NCBI GenBank assembly: GCA_031285265.1 | Contig: JAITWM010000040.1 | Span: 1 to 14,579 of the forward strand | DNA length: 14,579 nt | Origin: Lysobacteraceae bacterium | GTDB lineage: Bacteria; Pseudomonadota; Gammaproteobacteria; Xanthomonadales; Xanthomonadaceae | Direction: 5' to 3' | In this document: piece by piece, positions 1 through 6,424 of the stretch | Layout: every line of letters begins with the position of its first letter | How positions within the stretch are numbered: position 1 is the first letter of the stretch | The notes under the pieces: model-generated | Told to the model about the DNA's origin: nothing | Database searches by the model: none | The model's input: the letters and a program-made list of their open reading frames with translations, nothing else | Made by a program: the position numbers and the translations under genes

Positions 1-379
1 GCGCCTTTTGTTCCGCCAAACCGCGCTGCATCTCGTCACGCTGACCTCGAAGCTCGCCCAATGCTTTCTCTTCACGGCGTATCGCAGTCTCGGTGGCGAC
101 CAATGCCCGGCTCGATCGACCGATCTTTTCCTCCACTTCACGCAATTGCTGGGCCGCCTCGCCACGATCAGCCTCCAATCGGCGCCGTTCGCTTGCAATG
201 GTCCTCAATTCGCTACGGACGCTTTCCAAGCGACGCTCGGTATCGCCCCGGTTCTGTGCCGGCGCATCGGCAACCGCCAGCACCGCCAGCACCGCCAGCA
301 GCACGCCATGGCATCGGCCGGACCACATCATGCGACGCACACCCCATCGAGCGGAGCCGTCAGCCGCTCCTTTCTTCAT
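1..379 (-). CDS. Partial (5' portion only) murein-hydrolase activator EnvC-like / M23-peptidase-family coiled-coil protein. The start is ATG at 379; an alternative ATG lies at 331.
   Basis: Reverse-strand translation gives MKKGAADGSARWGVRRMMWSGRCHGVLLAVLAVLAVADAPAQN..., a signal-peptide-like hydrophobic run. This is followed by a long heptad-like, charged coiled coil (ERRLESVRSELRTIASERRRLEADRGEAAQQLREVEEKIGR...QRDEMQRGLAEQ). No stop codon appears before the window edge. The supplied track misses it because the ORF is open at the edge. The overlapping + strand ORFs (8..520 etc.) have Arg/His-rich junk composition. Confidence 0.55.
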   Translation of the reverse strand, partial: MKKGAADGSARWGVRRMMWSGRCHGVLLAVLAVLAVADAPAQNRGDTERRLESVRSELRTIASERRRLEADRGEAAQQLREVEEKIGRSSRALVATETAIRREEKALGELRGQRDEMQRGLAEQKA

Positions 380-1023
380 TGTATGTGCGCAACGCTTCAG
401 CACCCGATTTCTCTGCAACATGGGTCGGATACCGCCGATTGTAACGAAGCGCGTCCCGCTAGAGGCAGACATCATGCCTACGACCATTCAGCCGGCTTTC
501 CCATAATGACGAAAATCTGAATGAACCGGGACGCATCCTGTCTCCAGCAGCCAGTCCACCTTGTCACATCATCGAACGATACAAATCAACGACAATGCGG
601 CAAAGAGCCGGAAGCATACGCGCACCATAATCAACGGCAGCAATATCTCCGTCGGTACCGACTCGCGCTTGGGCGGCAATTTCAAATGCCGCCGCCTGCA
701 ACGCGGGCTCCTGACCGATCTCGAACAGAGACAACCTGACCGGACCTCGCACCGCCGCTGCCGCACCGCTGATATTCAAGAATACGGTGGATTTACACGT
801 GTATCGCATCGCGCGCATCGGACCGGTCCCGATGCCGATATCCGGATTTTCGATACCGACGCCGCATCACAGACAGGAACGGTATAGCGGGCTCGACAAC
901 TCATCGCCTCCCCACCCCGGCGGCCCGAATCCCGGCGATTCTCCTCCGATATGGTTTCGATCACTGATCTTTGCAGTACTTCCTTATAGAATCCGTAATG
1001 TACTTCACCGGGGGGGAACGCAA

Positions 1024-2763
1024 ATGCTCCGCAAACCACTGGTCTGCCTCGCGATCCTAATCTTGCTGTCCGCCTGCAAAGATCCGCCGGCCGCCGCGAT
1101 CTCGTCCTCGTCGTCTGCCGCGACGACGCTCTCGCCTCCTCCGCCTACGGCGGCACCGCACATCTTCACTCCTGACATCACACCGGCAGATTTCAGCGAG
1201 CTGGTCAAGACCCTGGCCTCGGACGAATTCGAAGGACGAGGGCCAGGCTCCCCGGGTGAAGACAAATCGGTCGATTACATTCGCGCCAATATGCAGCGCA
1301 TCGGCCTGCTCCCTGGCAGCGGGGACAGCTATTACCAAAACGTGCCCATGGTGGAAACCCGTATCGCAGCCGGAACGACGGTCAGACTCCAAGCCGGCGA
1401 CAAACCGTTGGATCTCAAGCTTGGCGACGACCTGGTGATTGGAACCCGTACCGGGCAGACCGAGATCAAGATCGAGAACAGCGCAATGATTTTCGTCGGC
1501 TACGGCGTCAATGCGCCAGAACGCGGCTGGAACGATTACACCGGTCAGGATTGGAAAGGGAAGACCGTCGTCATGTTCGTCAACGACCCGGGGTTTCACA
1601 AAAATGACGAAAGCCTGTTCGACGGCAAACGCATGACCTACTACGGCCGCTGGACCTATAAATTCGAAGAAGCTGCCCGCAGAGGCGCCGCCGCTGCGTT
1701 GATCGTGCATGACGACGAGGGCGCGGCCTATGGTTGGGAGGTCGTCAAGAACTCCTGGAGCGGGCCACAGTACGACCTGCCCGCAGCCGCCGATCCGGAA
1801 CCTCGTCTGCCCATACAAGGTTGGATCACCACCGCGACCGCACGCGCACTATTCGCTGCCGCCGGACTTCAGCTCGACGAGACCTATACCCTGGCCAGTC
1901 AACCGGGTTTTACGCCGATTCCACTCAAATCCACCTTTTCGGTCAACCTGAAAAATACGGTCACGGAAAAAATATCGCGCAACGTCATCGGCGTACTGCC
2001 GGGCAGCAGCCATGCCGACGAAGCGGTCATCTACATGGCACACTGGGATCATCTGGGAAAGCATGAAGGTCAAGACGGCGACGTCATCTATAACGGCGCG
2101 GTAGACAATGCTACAGGCGTGGCCGGCATCCTCGAAATCGCCGAAGCATTTGCACACCAAAATCCCAAGCCGGAACGATCGGTCGTATTCCTCGCTACCA
2201 CACTGGAGGAATCCGGTTTGCTGGGCTCCAAGTACTATGTCACCCATCCGACCTTTCCGTTGGCGAAAATCGCCGGAGTGATCAATATCGACACATTGTC
2301 GGTCGCCGGCCGCGCCAAAGACATGACGGTCATCGGTCTCGGCAGTTCCGAACTGGAAGACATCCTCAAGCCGATCGCCACCGAGCAAGGACGTTTTCTG
2401 CGCCCCGAAACATCGCCGCAAAGCGGCCTCTATTTCCGCTCCGATCATTTCAACTTCGCCAAAGCCGGCATACCCGCGCTATACATCGGCGGCGGTATGA
2501 ACCTGCGACAAGGCGGCCCCGAAGCCGGCAGACGCGCGGCGGACGAATATCACAAGGATCGATATCACCAGCCAAGCGACGAGTTCGACCCGGTAACCTG
2601 GAAGTTCGACGGCACCATCGAAGATCTGCAAGCCCTTTATGGCGTAGGCAAGGAACTCGCCGGCAGCGACAAATGGCCGCGCTGGTACGAAGGCAACGAA
2701 TTCAAAGCCGCCCAAGACCGGCTGAGACCGCCGCCTGCCACCGCAACACCACAGTCGCCATAA
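1024..2763 (+). CDS. M28-family zinc aminopeptidase with PA domain; a lipoprotein.
   Basis: The 787..2763 ORF is trimmed to ATG 1024, which is preceded by a GGGGGGG SD-like run. The N-terminus MLRKPLVCLAILILLSACKD is a lipoprotein signal with an LSAC lipobox. A Ser/Pro/Ala linker follows. M28 metal-ligand motifs are present: HWDHLG, DNATGVAG, TLEESGLLGS. A PA-domain-like middle region is present. Confidence 0.85.
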   Translation: MLRKPLVCLAILILLSACKDPPAAAISSSSSAATTLSPPPPTAAPHIFTPDITPADFSELVKTLASDEFEGRGPGSPGEDKSVDYIRANMQRIGLLPGSGDSYYQNVPMVETRIAAGTTVRLQAGDKPLDLKLGDDLVIGTRTGQTEIKIENSAMIFVGYGVNAPERGWNDYTGQDWKGKTVVMFVNDPGFHKNDESLFDGKRMTYYGRWTYKFEEAARRGAAAALIVHDDEGAAYGWEVVKNSWSGPQYDLPAAADPEPRLPIQGWITTATARALFAAAGLQLDETYTLASQPGFTPIPLKSTFSVNLKNTVTEKISRNVIGVLPGSSHADEAVIYMAHWDHLGKHEGQDGDVIYNGAVDNATGVAGILEIAEAFAHQNPKPERSVVFLATTLEESGLLGSKYYVTHPTFPLAKIAGVINIDTLSVAGRAKDMTVIGLGSSELEDILKPIATEQGRFLRPETSPQSGLYFRSDHFNFAKAGIPALYIGGGMNLRQGGPEAGRRAADEYHKDRYHQPSDEFDPVTWKFDGTIEDLQALYGVGKELAGSDKWPRWYEGNEFKAAQDRLRPPPATATPQSP

Positions 2764-2865
2764 GTCGGGATGGCCTGAAATCTCGATAACGGCAGCACTG
2801 TCATTTCATAGATTCATCGCCCGCGCTGTTTTTTGCGTGTGCCCCTACCTCTTCCATTCAATTCA

Positions 2866-3273
2866 ATGTCGAGTACTCTCATGACCATCGCTTATTTATG
2901 CATCTTGATCGCGATATTTCTCCCCTATGTCTGGACCGTCATCGCAAAGAGAAGCGGCGCCCATTACGACAATCACGCACCGCGTGAATGGTTGAGCCAA
3001 CAGGATAATCCGCGCGTCCATCGTGCCAATGCTGCGCAACTCAATGCTTTCGAAGCGACTCCCGCATTCGTCGCCGGTGTATTGATGGCGCAATTGGCGC
3101 AGGTATCCAGTACCTGCATTGCAAGCCTGTCGGTTACCTTCATCGTTGCCCGTATTTTGCACGGAGTCTTCTACGTGGCCGACAAGGATAAATTGCGCAG
3201 CTTGGTATGGTTTATCGGATTCATCTGCATACTGGCGCTCGTCATACAAGCCGCCATCAAAGTCGTCGGCTGA
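2866..3273 (+). CDS. MAPEG-family small inner-membrane protein (YecN-like).
   Basis: A 136-146 aa protein with three or four hydrophobic helices (TIAYLCILIAIFLPYVW, FVAGVLMAQL, FIGFICILALVIQAAI). Size, topology and composition are typical of the bacterial MAPEG family. The start is ambiguous between 2833, 2866 and 2881; no strong SD is visible. Confidence 0.65.
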   Translation: MSSTLMTIAYLCILIAIFLPYVWTVIAKRSGAHYDNHAPREWLSQQDNPRVHRANAAQLNAFEATPAFVAGVLMAQLAQVSSTCIASLSVTFIVARILHGVFYVADKDKLRSLVWFIGFICILALVIQAAIKVVG

Positions 3274-3282
3274 TGCGTGTAC

Positions 3283-3296
3283 GGTCGTACGACCGG
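3283..3296 (+). terminator. Perfect 14-bp palindrome CGGTCGTACGACCG immediately after the MAPEG stop codon. It could be a hairpin or a terminator, but there is no U-tract.
   Basis: Read directly from the sequence: the palindrome lies 10 nt after TGA 3271-3273. The absence of a T-run makes intrinsic termination uncertain. Confidence 0.25.
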
Positions 3297-3340
3297 CATA
3301 TGCATCCAGCGTCGAAGAACATTCTCCACGACGTATCCCA
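3296..3340 (+). repeat. Imperfect direct repeat copy 1 (homologous to 4387..4434, the tRNA 5' flank).
   Basis: Manual alignment of GCATATGCATCCAGCGTCGAAGAACATTCTCCACGACGTAT with GCGTATGCCTAGACGATCGAAGAACATTTTCCCACCGCGAT. The core TCGAAGAACATT is identical 12/12 and the flanks are ~70-75% identical. The following ~100 nt (3341-3440) aligns patchily to the second tRNA-like element; for example CGATTTCAAGTCCG matches CGGATTTAGATTCCG, and CGCTTCATAAACACC matches CACTTCATAAACCA. Confidence 0.5.
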
Positions 3341-3402
3341 TCACCTTTTCGTCAAAACCGTACGCTCGTCAATCGCTCGGACGATTTCAAGTCCGGTCAT
3401 GA

Positions 3403-3672
3403 TCAATCCACAGCGAGTAGAACACGCTTCATAAACACCGCAGTATGCCGACGCAGGAACACCGATAAAGCCAAGTGCATGAACGCAGTGGAGTGTTCGT
3501 GACACTGACCCCTGCAAATCGTGACGCGATTGAATGTCTTCGGCCAGGCGAACGGGCGTTCGATCTTCCAGCGCCGTTTGTAACGCCATAACGGGCAGCC
3601 ATCCTGGGTAACAGCACGCTCGACTTGCATTGCACCGTAAGCCATTACCGTGCACGCTCGCAGCCGGATCAT
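3403..3672 (-). pseudogene. IS5/IS4-type (DDE_Tnp_1) transposase remnant. The C-terminal ~60 aa is recognisable and upstream portions are frameshifted.
   Basis: The - strand translation ...DGCPLWRYKRRWKIERPFAWPKTFNRVTICRGQCHEHSTAFMHLALSVFLRR* matches the conserved C-terminal signature of IS5-family transposases (approximately YRQRNxIERxFxxLKxFRRIATRYDKLAxNFLAxVxLA). There is no intact upstream catalytic region. Overlapping - strand frames (3341..3736, 3429..3635) suggest frameshift decay. No convincing terminal inverted repeats were found. Confidence 0.45.
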
Positions 3673-3699
3673 TCATGAAATGCATTCCGGATACTTTAT

Positions 3700-3870
3700 A
3701 AAACTGCAATAACCAGGCCCGTATCCATATATCCATAATCCATTCATAGCCTTCGATAAATCAATCTCCTCGACTCTATTCATTCCGATTGATTTTTATA
3801 GATAATTAATAATTATCCAAAAATAAATTTAGAAAACAGTTGCATACTTGGAAAAAACACGTATTATACG
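3700..3870. other. Sharply AT-rich (~30% GC) non-coding block with A/T tracts (TTGATTTTTATAGATAATTAATAATTATCCAAAAATAAATTTAGAAAA).
   Basis: The compositional discontinuity against ~58% GC surroundings is seen directly. No ORF is present. The block lies between the transposase remnant and the tRNA-like elements. Confidence 0.6.
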
Positions 3871-4386
3871 CAGCCCTCAGCAGCATCGATGGCTGCTCCA
3901 ATATTTGATCGGGATTCGCAATGTCGCCTTCATTCGTCAGCACAACCGCATTTGCACCACGGCTAAACCGTGGCGTAGCGCTGTGTCCGGTAAAGGCGTA
4001 TCGACTACGACATTATCGCAACCGGAAAATTCGAATCACCGAATAACCGATCTTCTCCGGGGGATCGGCTGCCCGATCCCCGAGGAACGCGAACGCCCTC
4101 GGACATCATCACCAGGGCATTTTTTGCGGTCGCAAAGGAATGGATATGGCGATTACACTTTTGATAAATCTGGCCAAAGATGCCGCAACACTCGAATATA
4201 CGATCGTTGACGGAAATCCGGTGTTACCCGCGATTTCTTCGGGTGAGCGGGTGAATTGCCACGAATACGGCGCCTGACGCCGAAAAGCATTGCCGGCTGA
4301 AGACAGCCGGTAATAGGGAAGGTGTTTCTCCCTCGTCTCAGCGGTTATGGGTTTTATTCCATCCGGTGCGCGCGGCACTGCCGTTG

Positions 4387-4434
4387 CGTATGCCTAGACG
4401 ATCGAAGAACATTTTCCCACCGCGATGATTCGCT
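4387..4434 (+). repeat. Imperfect direct repeat copy 2. It is the immediate 5' flank, and probably the promoter region, of the tRNA-like elements, and it overlaps the tRNA 5' end.
   Basis: See the alignment described for 3296..3340. Confidence 0.5.
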
Positions 4435-4496
4435 CAGCAGGTAGAGCGGCGGATGAAAATCCGCGGTCGCCGGTTCGAATCCGGCTCATTGCACCA
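4422..4496 (+). tRNA. tRNA-Phe(GAA)-like gene with non-canonical geometry. It may be a pseudo-tRNA or a tRNA-like RNA.
   Basis: Manual fold of the 75-nt element:
- acceptor stem GCGATGA / TCATTGC, 7 bp with one G-U pair
- D-arm GCTC-AGCAGGTA-GAGC, identical in form to the enterobacterial tRNA-Phe D-arm
- anticodon stem GCGGA / TCCGC
- T-arm GCCGG-TTCGAAT-CCGGC
- discriminator A followed by an encoded CCA

The anomalies are:
- 3 nt (TTC) rather than 2 between the acceptor stem and the D-stem
- a 6-nt anticodon loop TGAAAA, where tRNA-Phe has the 7-nt TTGAAAA
- a 4-nt variable loop. Confidence 0.5.
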
Positions 4497-4503
4497 TTGA
4501 ATA

Positions 4504-4571
4504 GCTCAATCGGTTAGAGCATCGGATTTAGATTCCGAGGGTTGTGAGTTCGAATCTCACTTCATAAACCA
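4504..4571 (+). tRNA. Second tandem tRNA-like element with D-arm, anticodon arm, T-arm, 3' acceptor strand and CCA, but no matching 5' acceptor strand. It is a 5'-truncated tRNA-like element or pseudogene.
   Basis: Manual fold:
- D-arm GCTC-AATCGGTTA-GAGC
- anticodon stem TCGGA / TCCGA with a 7-nt loop TTTAGAT; the anticodon reads UAG in a class-I short-variable-arm frame, which is unusual
- variable loop GGGTT
- T-arm GTGAG-TTCGAAT-CTCAC
- 3' strand TTCATAA, discriminator A, then CCA

The 9 nt upstream (CATTGAATA) overlap the CCA of the first element. They can pair only 4 of the 7 acceptor positions. Confidence 0.35.
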
Positions 4572-4591
4572 GATCGTTAATCTGGATTATC

Positions 4592-4616
4592 GATGGAACG
4601 AATGTTCCATCTTTGG
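4592..4616 (+). terminator. Hairpin (8-bp stem GATGGAAC / GTTCCATC with loop GAAT) followed by TTTGG. A possible weak intrinsic terminator after the tRNA-like pair.
   Basis: The inverted repeat was read from the sequence. A smaller hairpin (CCAGAT-CGTTA-ATCTGG, 4570-4586) precedes it. The T-tract is only 3 nt. Confidence 0.35.
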
Positions 4617-5014
4617 AAAACGCCCCGTGCAAGGTTTCGGATGCGAACGATGGAACGTCGCATCGGACACCGCGCAGCGACGACGGAACCGGAAATGGAC
4701 CTCGATGATGAACGGTCCGATATTCGAATCATCGTCATGCGGCAACAGACGAGGACAACGATATCGCATCCTTCATTGATCGCATCCGTTTTCCGTTCCG
4801 CTTCCGTCAAGGGGCGTTTCCATTTTCATATGTCGATTGCTATCCACCGCTTTTCCCAGCGGATATCGAACGGTATTTCTGTATTTTCTCGGAATGACCG
4901 TCCCGCTGTCTGCCGTCATCGACAACATCGCATCACGGCATCATCCGGTAACGATCCGGCCGGACGAATCGATCGATAACGGATCCTCACTCACTCCATG
5001 AGGAGAGCCGTGCC

Positions 5015-6139
5015 ATGCTTTACATAAAGAAAATCGTAGTCGGCGACGGCGAGCGTACTTTGCTGTACCGCGATCGCCGTTTCAAGCGCGTACTGACTCC
5101 AGGCGTCTATCGCTTCTTCGATCCGTGCTACAGGATTACGTTCAACACCTGCAATCTGACGCGTCAGGAATATGCCGGACAGGATGCGGACATACTGATG
5201 GCGCGAATGGATGATGGCCTGTCCGAACATTTCACCGCCGCCGACATCGGCTCGAATGAAGTCGGTTTGGTATCGAAAAACGGAAATCTGGACAGCGTTC
5301 TCGCTCCCGGGTCGCGCCAGTTGTACTGGAAAACGCCGATGCGGATCGATATACAAAAGATCTCGCTGGCCGACGATCTGGAGATCGATACGACCATCGT
5401 AAAACGCCTGCGCCAGTTGAACCTGTTGTCGCGCATCGCCGTGACCGTGGATATCGCTTCCGAATCGGTGGGACTGCTGTTCATCGATAACCGGCTTTCC
5501 CGCGTCCTGACACCCGGTATCTACGCATTCTGGGACTTCCAGAAAAACGTGAATGCCGAAGTGATCGAATTGCGTGTACAGCCGATGGAAGTGTCGGGCC
5601 AGGAATTGCTGACCCGCGATAAAGTCAGCTTGCGTGTGAACCTGACGGCGAGCTTGCGCGTGATCGATCCGGTCGCCGCACGCACCAAGGTCACCAAATA
5701 CGGCGACTTCGTATATCGCGAGTTGCAGTACGGACTGCGCAAAGCGGTTTCGGCCAAGACGCTGGACGAGTTGCTCGGTGACAAAGCTTCGCTGGATACG
5801 GATATCTTCGCGTATGTCCAAGGCCGCGTAAGAGAGCTGGGCATCGAAGTACTGGGCGTCGGCATCAAGGACGTCATCCTACCGGGCGATATGCGTGACA
5901 TCCTAAACAGTGTGGTGCACGCAGAGAAAGCGGCGCAAGCCAACGTGATCCGCCGGCGTGAGGAGGCGAATGCCACACGGTCCCTGCTCAATACCGCAAA
6001 GATCATCGAGGACAGTCCGATTTTGATGCGCCTGAAGGAACTGGAGGCATTGGAAAAAGTCACCGAAAAGATCGATAAGCTCACCGTGTTCGGCGGCCTG
6101 GAAGGCGTACTGAAACAATTGGTGACCATCAAGCAATAA
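5015..6139 (+). CDS. SPFH / band-7 (stomatin-prohibitin-flotillin-HflK/C, 'slipin-like') domain protein. It has no N-terminal transmembrane segment and carries a triplicated N-terminal motif.
   Basis: SD AGGAGA at 5001-5006 lies 8 nt before ATG 5015. The C-terminal two thirds form a band-7 core (approximately residues 180-320, ...EVIELRVQPMEVSGQELLTRDKVSLRVNLTASLRVIDP...GIEVLGVGIKDVILPGDMRDILNSVVHAEKAAQANVIRRREEANATRSLL) followed by a coiled-coil tail. Three ~40-aa units at the N-terminus share the pattern V.V...E..LL..D.R..RVLTPG.Y.F.D. They are (1) RTLLYRDRRFKRVLTPGVYRFFDP, (2) VGLVSKNGNLDSVLAPGSRQLYWKTP, and (3) VGLLFIDNRLSRVLTPGIYAFWDF. The third is the canonical start of the SPFH fold. 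Confidence 0.85.
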   Translation: MLYIKKIVVGDGERTLLYRDRRFKRVLTPGVYRFFDPCYRITFNTCNLTRQEYAGQDADILMARMDDGLSEHFTAADIGSNEVGLVSKNGNLDSVLAPGSRQLYWKTPMRIDIQKISLADDLEIDTTIVKRLRQLNLLSRIAVTVDIASESVGLLFIDNRLSRVLTPGIYAFWDFQKNVNAEVIELRVQPMEVSGQELLTRDKVSLRVNLTASLRVIDPVAARTKVTKYGDFVYRELQYGLRKAVSAKTLDELLGDKASLDTDIFAYVQGRVRELGIEVLGVGIKDVILPGDMRDILNSVVHAEKAAQANVIRRREEANATRSLLNTAKIIEDSPILMRLKELEALEKVTEKIDKLTVFGGLEGVLKQLVTIKQ

Positions 6140-6424
6140 CCCTCACGGCCGCAAGGAAGCGGCCATGAGTATCGGTGAACCATGGACATGGACGGATCGA
6201 TCGACGCGTTGCGAAAATGGAATCGGGGAAGGTGCGCTCGCACCGGCAGGCCAGTCCTGCCATCCGTGATGATCGATCGGATCGACCACGCCGAAAGCCA
6301 TCCTTTGGGGAAAACCGAATATACATGCCATCGATCGATGAACACTCGATCCCTACGAAAATTTTGATCACCGAATGCAGCATCTCCGCTAAATTCGATT
6401 CGATCTACGAACGACAAAACCATC

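Noticed and set aside
8-520. The + strand ORFs 8..520, 61..444 and 93..506 in the supplied track.
   Set aside because: Their composition is Arg/His/Gln-rich and Cys-scattered, and they have no SD. The opposite strand encodes a coherent signal peptide plus an EnvC-type coiled coil. They are antisense artefacts of a high-GC gene.
1057-2448. - strand ORFs 1057..1818 and 1849..2448 overlapping the M28 peptidase gene.
   Set aside because: They are antisense to a gene with clear M28 motifs and a lipoprotein signal. Their Arg-rich composition is typical of high-GC shadow ORFs.
4316-4332. GGGAAGGTG resembling the start of IS5 terminal inverted repeats (GGAAGGTGCGAA...).
   Set aside because: Only an 8-mer matches. 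Its orientation is inconsistent with an IS spanning the transposase remnant. No partner inverted repeat was found at the other end.
4593-4979. 128-aa + strand ORF in the SPFH leader.
   Set aside because: It starts inside a terminator hairpin, has no SD, and has an Arg/His-rich low-complexity composition. The region is better explained as structured non-coding RNA.
6140-6424. sigma54 (-24/-12, TGGCAC-N5-TTGC) promoter upstream of rtcB, as in RtcR-controlled rtc operons.
   Set aside because: I scanned both leaders and found no match. The nearest, TGGCAGGACTGGC, is on the wrong strand and has 10-bp rather than 12-bp GG-to-GC spacing.
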